Assembly: GCA_043228905.1 (NCBI GenBank)
Contig: JBHGNT010000004.1
Span: 6,448,001 to 6,512,000 of the forward strand
Direction: 5' to 3'
Length of the DNA stretch: 64,000 bases
From: Azolla caroliniana
Lineage: Eukaryota > Plantae > Polypodiophyta
Shown: positions 47,290-60,519 of the stretch, one piece after another
Layout: each line of letters begins with the position of its first letter
Numbering within the stretch: position 1 is the stretch's first letter
Translations under genes and position numbers: made by a program
The notes under the pieces: model-generated
Seen by the model: only the letters and a program-made list of their open reading frames with translations
The model's database searches: none
Told to the model about the DNA's origin: nothing

Positions 47290-50200
47290 TAGGAGTGATG
47301 AATGCTACATTAGAAGAAGAAGCCAAGAGGAAAGCTCGTGCGTTGCATGTACGAGTGGTTGGTTGGGCCAAAAAAGGAAGTCCACAAGAAGATGCCAAGA
47401 ATTTCGGAACAAAGATTGGAGCATTAGATATTCCTTTTGCTTTGGCGTGGAGGGTGGGAAGAGATGAGTCTAGAGCGAAAGCCCTTATCATCCACTTCAT
47501 GGATATTAACAAGAAAAAAGCTTTCCGCTCTAAAAGAAAGGCACTCAAGGGTGAAAAAATATACTTAGATGACGATCTCACTCCAGCCCAAGTGGCACAC
47601 CGCAAAGAAAACATGCCTTGAGTGCTTGATGCAAGAAAGAAAGGAAAATGGGCCGTACATAGAGATGGCAAGGTCCTTATTACAGAGAAGAGAACCACAT
47701 GACGATATATGGCCTATGAGACCCTACGCATGACCATATGGAATTGCAATGGCTCTCTCCGGACAGATGTCGGATATTTTGAAGATACATTGAAAAACAC
47801 AGATATTGCTATGTATACAGAGACTCACCAATGCATGGCTAGCAAACTCGAGGTACCAGGATATAGATGGGAGTCAATATGTCGCCCCCAACCTCGGACA
47901 CGAGGAAACACTAGAGGTTCGGGAGGAGTGGCTGTGCTATACAAAAAGGAGTTCCATGATAGAGTGCATGTTGTCCATAAGGATGTAGATGCATGCTACA
48001 TGTGGATACGAATAAAAAGAGGGGATCTTAGGGTGTTATATATTGCAATTTGCTACTTTCCACCTGCTTACTCAAGGTTTGCACCTCTAGGTGAATCACC
48101 ATATCTACCTCTATATGATGATATCATAAGATTTGCTACTATGGGGGACATTATACTATTAGGAGATTTTAATGCACGAACCAAGGATGAACAAACAACT
48201 ATGTTTAACACCAACGAGGCTGTTTATGGAGAAGTTATGGCAGAAGAGGTTGGTCTAAAGCGACAAGCTCAAGATATGAGTGCTATAACTGAATATAGAA
48301 AACACTTTCTAGCCTTGGGAAATGCGCATGGATTTGTGCTATTTAATGGCTTGTCACAATGGCCTGGATCAGATGCTTTGACATGTTGGAACCCAAAAGG
48401 GGGTCCAAGCACAGTGGACTATCTAATGGGATCTCCATCTCTTATACCTGAAAAAAAGTGTTCACTATATCGGGTAGACCTATTGGTTTGGTAGTAGATC
48501 ATGAATATCTACGCTCCGAGGTAAAGGACGGATGCACAAAGGATGTACATGCTAAGGAGAGTGGACTCAGCATACCATTGTGCCAATTCACAAAAATGGA
48601 GACCCCATGATGCCAAGCAACTATAGGACAATCATGATTGGCCATTACTTGGCTAAACTATATGGGTTGATTCTAGAATCAAATTTGAGTATATGGGCAG
48701 AGCAGAATGGCTGCCGTTTAGTTGGACAGGTAGGCTTTCGGAAGGGATTCACAACTTTGGATCACATATTGACCCTCCGGGCCCTTATTGAGGAGGGTAG
48801 AGCCCATAATAAAAGGTTTTATTGCTGCTTTGTGGATTTCCGAAAAGCTTTTGACATTGTGCCACGTGCTCGACTTATGCAGCAGCTAGAAGCCCTTGGT
48901 GTTCCTACAGATATGCAATGGGGAATCTATGCACTCTATAAATCCGTGTTAGGAAAAGTGCGGTCTTCCAAGGGCTTGTCACAGGATGTCCACTATCACC
49001 CACTCTCTTCGGTCTCTATATAGATGAGGTATCACATTACATAGGGCCTAGGTTCTCCTTACATGAGGCTGCTTGTGCCCGACTTTCTTGTGGATATGCA
49101 GCCCTTGGTGCTCTCGAGAGACAATGTGCACATTTGCAGTGCCAAGAGCCACGAACTAAGCTGTGGTTATTTGATACACTTGTCACACCAACTCTTCTCT
49201 ATGGAGTAGAAATATGGGGACCGAGTCTTAACAAGGCAAATCATTGGAAAGATTTAGATTGCTCACATGATAAGGAGCAAAGCATCGGTGCCCCACGATA
49301 TAATCCGGGCAGAGATGGGAGCAGCACCTATAATCACCGAGGCATTGTTCCGATCAGTGACATTTATCCAACGTCTTTGGGAGCTCCCTAAACGAAGGTA
49401 CCCAAAGTTGGCACTTATGTCATCAAGAAAACTGGCTGAAAATGGAGGCATTCATTGTTGGTATGCTGAAATGCAGTAATGGTTTGAGTCACATGGCATG
49501 AGAGTCTTGACAAGGCAAATCATTGGAAAGATTTAGAGATACCTTTAGTGTCAATGATTGCTTGCATGATAAGGAGCAAAGCATCGGTGCCCCACGATAT
49601 AATCCGGGCCGAGATGGGAGCAGCACCTATAATCACCGAATCATTGTTCCGATCAGTGACATTTACCCAATGTCTTTGGGAGCTCCCTAAACGAAGGTAT
49701 CCAAGGTTGGCACTTATGTGATCAAGACAACTGGCCGAAAATGGAGGCATTCATTGTTGGTATGTTGAAAAGCAACAATGGTTCGAGTCACATGGCATGA
49801 GTATAAATGCATTACCACCATTCCAATATAGCTTGGACTGTTCCCATCTAAATATGAGGAAAGTGGAAAAGAATAGAGTGATACAAACTGATATTATTAA
49901 CTTGGAAAACAAGATAACATGGATCAGCCCCAAAATACCACTTCGTACAAAGATGGACCACTATAAGACACTTCTTACACACATCCGAGAATGGATTCAT
50001 CATGAGGCCACCGTATATGGACATACATCTATCCTATGCGCTGCGTAGTGTGATAGGGCAACTGCGAACTTCATCACATCAGCTACAAATTGAGGTCGGC
50101 AGACATACACGACTACCTCTAGATGAGAGAATTTGCCAATTGTGTCATCAAGGAGTGGAATTCGAAGAACACTATGTTTGTCACTGTAGTGTCTTTTATG

Positions 50201-50290
50201 AAATAAGAGGGAGATACCATTGCCTCTTTAAACAAGGCTTTGGCCCACTGTGCAAGGTAATGGAATATGAGTACCAACGGTGCCTAGGAC
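47290..50290 (+). mobile_element. RTE-like LINE: ORF1 end, EN (47709-48494), internally deleted RT, C-terminal zinc finger; internal duplication of about 280 bp
   Basis: KIYLDDDLT; MTIWNCNG, GDFNART, STVDY; FVDFRKAFD; LRTSSHQLQIEVGR...CQLC. Confidence 0.82.
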
Positions 50291-50371
50291 TTTTGATTAT
50301 ATGCCATTATTTACTTATTTATCTCTTGTTTGGGCTTATAGGCAATTTTGGCCTCTTAGAAGACGTTGATA

Positions 50372-50404
<33 letters not shown>

Positions 50405-50459
50405 GGTGGTTCATTTCATTGTACTCCTAAGGAGTGCTTTCTCTCATTTTCTATAGGCA

Positions 50460-52135
50460 ACTTTGGGAAGGTTTACCTTGTAATAACCATGATTGCAATG
50501 TTGAAGGAGTTGGCGTTGTCCTAGTGGCCATGGAGAATGGTCAAGAGCTAACATTAGACCAAGTTTGGTTGGTTCCAGGGATTAAGAAGAACTTGTTGTT
50601 TGTGGAACAACTTAATTTACAAGGATATTCTACAATCTTCACAGGTGGAGCATGGAAGATTGTACGTGGAACAAGACTCATTGCCCAAGGAAGCAAGAGG
50701 GGTACACTCTATTGCCTCTCAGGTCAAGCTCTTCTTGGTCAATTTATTGTAGTTGCGAATGTAGAAAACGGAGTCAAATTGTGGCACTAAAAATTAGGTC
50801 ATATGAGCGAAAAGCATAGTTATTAAAAAACGCATATTCTATGTTTAGAATATGTTTTAGAATACTCTGAAGTATTCTACACATATTCTACGTCTTAGAA
50901 CTGCCATTTTCCAGGTTTTCACATATTCTAAAAATCTACCTTTATGAAAAACAAGTAAAGAGTTCTTATAACACTGGCTTCAAGGAAAACAACACCACTT
51001 GAGCTCATACACTCTAATTTATGTATTATGGTTACTAAATCCTTAGGAGGCTTCTTACATTTGTAATTTCATTGATGATTACTCCAGAAAGTGTTGGGCA
51101 TATTTGCTAAAGGATAAGACTGAAATGTTTACTTTTTTCAGAAACTTTCATGCCTTTATCACTACTACTCAAACAGGCTTGAAACTGAAATGTCCTAAGG
51201 GCAAACAATGGAGGAGAGTATATCAGCAACCAATTTACAGATATTTGTGCAGAAAATGGAATCAAGAGAGAGCTTATAACTCTATACAATCCAACATCTA
51301 ATGGAGTGGCTGAACGATACAATAGGACATTATGTGAAAGGGTTCGATGTATGTTGTCAACAACTAATTTCCCTAATGCTATTTGGGAGAGGCTTTACAA
51401 ACTGCAATGCACATTATTAATCGATCCCCACACAATTCACTCAAAGGTGGCATAGTTGAGGAGATTTGGTCTGGCAAATCAGCCTCGTATGCTCATCTGC
51501 ATATTTTTGGCTGTGAAGCAGACACGAGCTAAGAAATAGGTTGGATGCAAAATGCATCAAAGATGTCTTTTTGGGATAGGGTGCAAAAGATGAGAGATAG
51601 TTCACAAAATTTGGTTACCTCATCAGTGAAAGGTAATCAGAAGTCGTAATGTTGTATTCAATGAAGCAAAGTTTCTCAAAAGCAATTGTACCTCATTAGA
51701 ATCAACAAAAAGAGTGAATTTTAGCAACAACCAACCATTGACTCAAGAATAACATCTCAGGGTGATGATGAACAAGTAAGGATCTACAAACCAGTTCTAT
51801 TGCCAGAAGATGGACAACAAAACACAGATTTTAAACCCTAACGATGATGATCAAATACATCCATCTACAAATGAAGAAATAACTGTTGAACCACAGCAAG
51901 AAGATATTCCATTAGATTTGGAACCAATTCCAGATAATGTAGATCACTGAGTTAGGAGATCAACACGGTTAAAGCATCCAATCCAACCCAAAGGTATGAG
52001 CATTCTAACACGTGGGAGCTCTCTATTCAAGAGGAGATCAAAGCACTCCATGAGAATAACAAGTGGGTGTACAAGGTAAAGACTCTAGAAGGTAAAACCA
52101 AGTATAAGCCTTGTTTAGTAGCCAAAAGGTACAAC
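50460..52135 (+). pseudogene. Degenerate Copia PR/INT/RT fragments
   Basis: VPGIKKNLL, VKLWH, NGVAERYNRT, KWVYKVK fragments with many stops. Confidence 0.7.
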
Positions 52136-52139
52136 AAAT

Positions 52140-54000
52140 TCACGGAATTGCATCCTGAGGGCTCGTATCAGATTTAACTTGTGGATGTACATGCGGAAAT
52201 TTAACTCTTTTATGGTCACACTTATAGACACAATCTTTTCTAAGTAGACTTGCCTCATTAAATACAACATTTTGGCTGTGTATTACTTTCTTGAGTTGAG
52301 GTAGCCAAATCTTGTAGCCCATTTCACCTTCATCTCCATAACCCATAAAGATTCATTTCATGGACTTTGCATCTAACTTGCTTCTTAACTCAGGCCTTAT
52401 ATGCACAAAAGCATCACAACCAAAGATGCATAGGTGTTCATATGAAGCTGGTTTGCTAAACCAAACCTCTTTGGGAATGCCATCTTTTAAGGACATATGA
52501 GGGGATCTATTGCAAACATGAATTGCAGTTTTCATGAATTGCAAACCTCCTTAAAATCCATGAGGGAGATTAGCTGTGGACAACATGCATCTCACCCTCT
52601 CAATAAAGTTTTGTTATACCTTTCACCCACACCATTGGAAGAAAGGTTGTATGGGACTATTAGCTCCCTTTTAATACCAAGATTTTCACAAAATCTATTA
52701 AATTCAACACTTGCAAACTCACCCCCACTATCTGTGAGTAAGCATTTCAGCTTTCGACCTGTTTGGGTGGTCACAAATGCATGAAATTTCTTAAATGCAG
52801 CAAAGGCTTCATCCTGAAATAAAATAAAGAGCGCCCCCCATAGATTTGGTGGGCATGTTGCAAACATTAGAATGAACTCGATCAAGCAAATTAGGCTTAT
52901 GAGAGACACCAGAGTAGTAGGAATTCTTTACTTGCTTACCATATCGACATTCATTACAAAAATGAAAATTTTGAGCCTTCAGCCTTAAACTTGTCCAAAT
53001 TACATATTTTAGAATGAACTCGATCAAGCAATTAGGCTTATGAGAGACACCAAAGTAGTAGGAATTCTTTACTTGCTTACCATATCGACATTCATTACAA
53101 AAATGAAAAATTTGAGCCTTCAGCCTTAAACTTGTCCAAATTACATATTTTATCAAGGCCTTTTTGGCTTATGTGGCCAAGCCTTTTATGCCAAAATTCC
53201 CTACACGGATGGATTTCAGCTAAAGCAATAATCTTGCCCATCAAAGCTTTACCATGCAAGCAATACAGAGTCCCTTTCTTTGTACCTTTAACAATTAGCC
53301 TAGAGTCCTTGATGAACTTCCATGACCCTTTCTCAAAGATGGTACCATATCCATGCATATCCATTTGTTTAACGCTTGGTACATATTGTACATCATGCAA
53401 AACCAACTCATTAGTACCATCCACTGTTAGATGCATTGTGCCAATACCTTCAATAGAACAAGCATGGTTATCACCAAGGTATACATGTCCATGGTTGCTT
53501 GCATGAAAGGTAGTAAAACACTCCTTAATAGGAGTAACATGGAATGACGCACCTGAATCCACAATCCATGCTTGTGTCAAAGCATCATTCAGAGTAAGCA
53601 AGGCATCAATTAGATCGCTCTTTGTAATCTGCATATCTTGTGCATGAATATAAACAGAAACATCATTAACTTTAGCATGATCTGCATCTGATGGCTCCTC
53701 AAGATGACACTAGAGGCCACATTGGCCTTTTCTTTGCCCTTGTCATTAAAGCTGTTATGTGCTTCATTCTCGCTGTCCATTTTTCTTCTGCACAAAGAAT
53801 ATCTGCATTTGATGGCTCCTCAATGATGACACTAGAGGCCACATTGGCCTTTTCTTTGTCCTTGTCCTTAAAGCTGTTATGTGCTTCATTCTCACTGTCC
53901 ATTTTCTTCTTGTCACCTGCGTTCTTCTTTCTTTCTAATTCAGCTATCTTCTTCTTTCTACTAGTAATTGCAATTAGGTTTCTTATGACCTTTCCTACCA
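52140..54000 (-). pseudogene. Degenerate Copia gag-end/PR/INT fragments with short tandem duplications
   Basis: WIVDSGASFHVT, FWHKRLGH, TDSGGEF, NGVGERYN. Confidence 0.78.
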
Positions 54001-54003
54001 CAT

Positions 54004-55935
54004 TGATAACAAGTCACTTCAGCCTTGCCTTTTATTAAATCGAATGAAAAAAGGAAAACTACGTTTATTCACTTTACATAGGGAATTGCCCCCCTTTTTA
54101 TACAAGTGGTGAGTGTCTATTTTTAGAAACTGTTACACTAGAGACTGTTACATCATTTAATACATAAATATTAAACAGTTTAATATTTAATCATTTTAGC
54201 TAAAACGGTACTCTATAACACTCCCCCTCAAGTTGGTGAGTAGGTATTTTCCAATCCTAGCTTGGATAGAATTGTTTGACATGTCGGATTTCTGAATCCT
54301 TTTGTGAGTATGTCTGCCAACTTTTGTTGTGAGGGAATGTAAGGGGTACAAATCAGCCCTCCATCTATCTTTTCTTTAATGAAATATCTATCTACTTCTA
54401 TATGCCTTGTCTTGTCATTTTGTATTGCATTATTTGCAATGTTAATGGCAGCTTTGTTGTCGCAATACAACTGCATGGTTCCTTGCCATTTGATCTTCAA
54501 GTCATCCATCAGAATTTCTAGCCATAGTAGTTCACATATGCCAAGTGCCATTGCCCGATACTATATTTTGTTTTTTGCTTCTCCATGTTATTAGGTTTCC
54601 GCCAATAAGAACACAATACCCAAAAGTTGATCTTCTGTCTATACTTGATCCAGCATAATCTGCATCTGTGTATGCTTCTATGTGCAGCCCTGTATCTCTT
54701 TTTAAAAGAATTCCATTCCCTAGACTACCCTTGAGGTATTGTAAGATCTGATGTACAGCTTGTAAATGGGCTTTCCTTGGACTATGCAAAAATTGGCTCA
54801 CTATGCTAACGGCATAAGCAATGTCAAGCCGTGTCTTTATCAACCATTTCATCTTCTTTTGATTCTGCCAATCTGTGATTTGAATCAATTGGTGTAATAG
54901 CTGGTTTGCAGGCTAACTTCCTTGTATCATTGGATAAGTCTGTAACATACTTTTGTTGGGAAATAAAAATACCATGCTTGGAGTGGGCAACTTCAATGCC
55001 AAGGAAGTATTTTAACCTTCCTAATCTTTTTATCTCAAATTCTTTGTCAAGGTGTCTTCCTGGAGATTGCTTTCCTTCTTCGTCATCTCCTGTGATTAAG
55101 ATATCATCAACATAGACCAACAATAACGATATTTTTCTTGTTGTTGAATGTTTAATCAAAAGAGTTGGATCAGCTTGACTTTGTTGGTACTCTTTTGATG
55201 TCATAGCCTTTGTAACTCTCCCAAACCATGCCCTTGGGGATTGCTTGAGACCGTACAGGGACTGTATTTTCAGGGACTTCCCCTTTGAACCCGAGGGGAA
55301 CCTCCATGTATATTTCCTCTTCAAGATCCCCATGGAGGAATGCATTTTTAACATCATATTGTTGTATGTCCCAACGGAAATGTGCAGCTAAGGCCAAAAT
55401 TGTTCTCACTGTACCCATCTTTGCAACTGGAGAAAATGTCTCTGAATAATCTACACCATATGTTTGAGTGTAGCCTTTTGCCACTAATCTTGCCTTATAC
55501 CTTTCAAGTGTACCATCTTCTTTATATCTCACAGAGAACACCCATTTGCAAACTACTGTCTTTTTTCCTTTATGTAGGCTGACCATCTCCATGTTCTGTT
55601 TTGCTCCAATGCCTTCATCTTAACATTCATCGCTTGCTTCCAATTCTCATCATATGATGCCTTAGACACATTTTTAGGTATAGTAATGCTATAGAAAGTT
55701 TTTATGGGCTGGTGAAAATTTATGGAATGTAACATAATTAGAGAGAGAATATAATGGACGTTTAGTGCATTCTCTAGATCCTTTTCTAATAGCAATAGGT
55801 AAATTTAGATTATTGTTTGATTCAATTTCTAATGTAGTTACCTCACGTCTAGGATTTGGATCTGAGTCATGAATGTGCATTGGTCTAAGAGCAACGTTCT
55901 TTCCCCTCGAGTACATTCGCACCCCTTGAAGACCT
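54004..55935 (-). mobile_element. Truncated Copia (Ale/Retrofit-like): RT-RNase H, PPT 54221-54230, short 3' LTR 54004-54220
   Basis: [32 protein letters not shown]; pol stop overlaps TGAGGGGGAG PPT; LTR TG...CA of about 217 bp. Confidence 0.8.
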
Positions 55936-57970
55936 TACCCAAGGATTGCCAAAATCATTGCATAAAGCAGCCACAAATGCCTTTCCTCATACAACGGCCA
56001 ATCCCCCCAAACTTGGTAGAGTAATATAAAATACTTGGTATTATGAGGAATGTCGTGATACAAGGAGATGCTTGCAACGTGATGTAACTCAGGGCATTTA
56101 TACAAACAAACAAACGAGAGCAACCTTCCAACGCTTCGTAAGGAAGAAGAAGAGATTGTATTTGGCTAAATTTAAAGATAATTTGTATCGCTTGTTTCTA
56201 GGACAAGAAAGTAAAAGAGCAAGGAAAATGTTTAATGAGAGCCAACCTACCACACAACTGACCTCACCTCAAGTGTGGCATGAATATGCAAAGGTTCTAT
56301 ATGATATCCCAAGGCAACCTCCTCTTCCCCAACCACACAACGCTTGCCCACATGACTCAACCTTTTTTACTCCACAAAATATAAGAAATGCCATTGATCG
56401 GCTACAATTTGGGAAGGCCCAAGATCATGATAGATTGGTGGGTGAGCACTTTATCTATGCCTGTGAGACCTTGCCCCCATTGCTAGCACACATCTTTAAT
56501 AGAGCCATGTGTGAAGGTTTCCCTACAAGATGGACTTAGCATACCATTGTGCCAACCCTCAAGAGTGGAGACCCCATGATGCCAAGCAACTATAGGACAA
56601 TCATGATTGGCCATTACTTGGCTAAACTATATGGGTTGATTCTAGAATCAAATTTGAGTATATGGGTAGAGCGGAATGGCTGCCGTTCAGTTGGACCGGC
56701 AGTCTTTCGGAAGGGATTCACAACTTTGGGTCACATATTGACCCTCCGGGCCCTTATTGAGGAGGGTAGAGCCCATAATAAGAGGTTTTATTGCTGCTTT
56801 GTGGATTTCCGAAAAGCCTTTGACACTGTGCCATGTGCTCAGCTTATGTAGCAGCTAGAAGCCCTTGGGGTTCCTACAGATATGCAATGGGGAATCTATG
56901 CACTCTATAAATCCGTGTCAGGAAAAGTGCGGTCTTCCAAGGGCTTGTCACAGGCTGTGGCTAGCACAATTGGAGTGAAGCAAGGATGCCCACTATCACC
57001 CACTCTCGTCGGTTTCTATATAGATGAGGTATCACATTATATAGAGAGATTCGGGGGTTCGGGACCATGCCTAGCAGGTATAGCTATACAAATATTACTA
57101 TATGCTGATGATATTGTACTGATATCTGACTCTCCGGAGGGACTACAAATACATCTAACTGCCTTAAAACTATTTTGTACGGACAAAGGTTTGTCAATCA
57201 ACATGGATAAAACTAATGTGCTAGTGTTTAACACCACTCTAGCATGGATAACAAGATCAGAACCAGAATTCTTCTTGGGAGAAGAAAAAGTGTAATACAC
57301 ATGCTCCTACACATAACTAGGAGTAACATTTACACATACCTAGGAGTAACATTTACAGGGCCTAGGTTCTCCTTATAGGAGGCTGCTTGTGCCCGACTTT
57401 CTCGTGGATATGTAGCCCTTGGTGCTCTCGAGAGCCATGAACTAAGCTATGGTTATTTGATACACTTGTTACATCAACTCTTCTCTATGAAGTAGAAACA
57501 TGGGGACCGAGTCTTAACAAGGCAAATCATTGGAAAGATTTAGAGAAACCTTTAGTGTCAATGATTGCTCGCATGATAAGGAGCAAAGCATCGATGCCCC
57601 ACGATATAATCCGGGCAGAGATGGGAGCAACACCTATAATCACCGAGCATTGTTCCGATCAGTGACATTTATCCAACGTCTTTGGGAGCTCCCTAAATGG
57701 AGGTACCCAAGGTTGGCACTTATGTCATCAAGACAACTGGTTGAAAATGGAGGCATTCATTGTTGGTATGCTGAAAAGCAGCAATGGTTCGAGTCACATG
57801 GCATGAGTATAAATGCATTACCGCCATTCCAATATAGCTTGGACTGTCCCCATTGAAATATGAGCAAAGTGGAAAACAATAACTGATATTATTAACTTGG
57901 AAAACAAGATAACATGGATCAGCCCCAAAATACCACTTCGTACAAAGATGGCCCACTATAAGACACATTT
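55936..57970 (+). pseudogene. RTE-like LINE RT region
   Basis: FVDFRKAFD, GVKQGCPLSP, LLYADD; near-identical blocks to 48570-49960. Confidence 0.85.
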
Positions 57971-58410
57971 CTTCGTGTTTAGACTCGAAGAGCAAAACTA
58001 TGTCGTCTGTATAGAGCAAGAGACTAACTAACTTGCATACCCCCAAGGACTGCTCCGTTGCGTCCCTTACAAACAATAAAATCAATGATCTCATCAATGT
58101 AGATCCCAAAAAGAGTCGATGATAGGGGGCAACCTTAGATAGGCCACTTGGGCATCATACGCACCTAGAGTCTTGCTCATATAAAGCATAGATGGCCCAA
58201 ATTATGTCATCTGGTATCTCTAGGCTTTTAAGCCTATCAAACAACCGCTCTCTAGGGATTATGTCAAAGGCTTTGCAGAAGTCCACAAAACAACAATATA
58301 ATTTCATCTTGTGAGCCTTCGTTTGGTCAATTAAGCATGAGTGAAGATATGGTCAATAGTAGAGAAGGCTCGTCTAAAGGCAGCTTGTTCAAGTGCTCGG
58401 GGACTTAAGG
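57971..58410 (-). pseudogene. LINE RT fragment
   Basis: CFVDFCKAFD and LLLYTDDIVL on the minus strand. Confidence 0.7.
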
Positions 58411-59114
58411 TCTCCATGAAAGAGGGCAAAAATGGTCCTTTTGAATGGCCTCAAGATTTCATATTCCAATTTCTTTGAAAGTTTCCGCACTTTTTTGAAG
58501 CAGAACATTCTCACGTTGTGGGAGAACAAGCTAAAAAGAGAGGGAAAAAATAAGCTTTTCAGATGCTTCTGATGAGGTGCCCTGGGTTTTCATCATCAAG
58601 CAGAGTTTTCCCACAGTTTTCGAAATAAACATTTTTCACATTTTCCCACGTTTCTTGAGGTTTTGAGCTGTACCTATATGAATATTTTATCTTTCATCAA
58701 CTTTATATAATATGTAAGGGAAATTTTGATGTTATCATTTAAGCTTCAGGAATCAAGGTCTTGTGTTGCATTTGCATTGTGTATTCTCTATCAAGGCTTA
58801 TGGGTCTGAGAATTGTCTCATTTAGTATTTTATTTAATTCTCTATATTCTTTCTTTTCTCGATATACTTCTCTATTTCGTAGCACCTTTACACACATCTC
58901 TCTCTGGTTGTATGACTTCAGTCTCAGCTCTCTGTCTTTCCCCTCTTATTTCAGCCTGCTCTTATCATGTCAAAGCCAAAAAGGTTTTGGTGGGGCTTTG
59001 CTATTAGCATTGCAAGTTTGGCAAAAGACAAGATGAGAATGATTCCTTATGGATTTCTGAATTGCTTGTCAGTATGCATATTTGCCTTAACATATTTATT
59101 GTATGTAACAACAG

Positions 59115-59309
59115 GTAGCTCCATCATCTCAGAAAGACAAAAAGGTCACAACTGCTAGATCATTTCCATTCTCGGTGAAAATAAAGCCACAACCAAAAAA
59201 AGCCAAGCTTGAGAAAGATATGACATTGTCTAATGATGGAAGTACAGTATCCAAAGTTCCAATTCAGGGGTTGGTAGCCTATGGATCAGATAGTGAAGAA
59301 GAAGAATGA
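59115..59309 (+). CDS. PSME3IP1: PSME3IP1/NIP30 exon 7, terminal (VAPSSQKDKK...VKIKPQPKKAK...GLVAYGSDSEEEE*)
   Basis: ACAG acceptor, phase 0; NLS-like KPQPKKAK and acidic LVxY-SDSE tail typical of the family. Confidence 0.82.
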   Translation, partial: VAPSSQKDKKVTTARSFPFSVKIKPQPKKAKLEKDMTLSNDGSTVSKVPIQGLVAYGSDSEEEE

Positions 59310-59995
59310 GCAAACCAGCTGATTCTTATCCGCCTTACGTAATTGACGCTGCAAAATATCTGTCACGCAATAACATTAACACTATTTTGCTAGTGAGAAC
59401 CCTTTATTTCTGATGGACGAAATATTACCCCTGCTGCATCCAAGTTATAGAGGTTTTCAAGGGCCTTACTCTTGTACATCCTCTTTTTGAGCATCACAGC
59501 TATCTAATTATCAGATTTCTGTGGTTGCAGGTTTTGTAGAACAGTTGGCTGATATTGTGATCCCTCAAGAGCATTCTATATTCCGTCTTTTATTAAATGG
59601 TCTGAGAAACTGTTTATCACTACCTTAGAAGTCAAGTTTCTGGGAGTAGAAAAATTAGATAGACTTATATTAAGCAGATAAAGATCTTTGTATACACAAG
59701 ACAAACAGAAGACACTTCCAAGAACGCAAGATACTGCAATCTTTTTACATGATACTAGACTTTTACTCACTTTGGTTGTAGTATGCTGTATTATTGAATG
59801 TTTACGCAGCTTTTTACATGATACTAGACTTTTTACGCAGCTTTTTACATGGTGAAAGGATGTATTTTTATTTAAGGATTATAAACATTTGAGGCCATTT
59901 TAATTGTGATTAAGCAAATTGATAAGACACTAAACATTGTTGTGCAATCTTGGAATGTTTGTGTGATATGGATAAATATCTTCCAATTTTTAATA

Positions 59996-60253
59996 GGGAA
60001 AAGTACCAGGATACCCTTGGAACTTCGTCTATTTACTAGAATGCCCTTGGAAGTTCCAAATTTACCAAACTACCCATATGTCCAAAAAATTACACTTTAT
60101 AAAATAATTATACACTCAAATCTACAAGCCCTATTTACCAAAGATGGAAGAAAGTGTAATTTTTTGGACACAGGGGTAGTTTGGTAAATTTGGAACTTCC
60201 AGGGGGATTTTGGTAAATAGACAAACTTCCAGGGGTATCCTGGTACTTTTCCC
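59996..60253. mobile_element. Mutator-like MITE
   Basis: About 100-bp TIRs (GGGAAAAGTACCAGGATACCC... / ...GGGTATCCTGGTACTTTTCCC); 9-bp TSD TTTTTAATA at 59987-59995 and 60254-60262. Confidence 0.92.
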
Positions 60254-60519
60254 TTTTTAATAATATAGACAATTGCCTCCCATTGTTATATCCACACAAC
60301 ACAAGATGACCTTTTACAAATTTGTTGATCATGTTTGATATAGACAAATTGCTTGTGTATTTCACAAAAATGTTTATGTTCGTTCTAACTGTTTCAAACG
60401 GTGGTTGAATTTGTCAAAAAGTTAATTCATTGCAATAGCTCATTAATTATGTAAATTTTTACATCCATAGAGGCCAACCTTGCCCCATGGAACCTAAATG
60501 AATTTTTTATAGATGTGTC

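Noticed and set aside
50815-50946. Small insertion with repeated ATATTCT/AGAATAT motifs within a Copia fragment (MITE-like)
   Set aside because: Termini only weakly inverted and no TSD found
59339-59530. Possible 3' UTR intron (GTAATT...TTGCAG) of the host gene
   Set aside because: Splice-like signals alone are insufficient without transcript data
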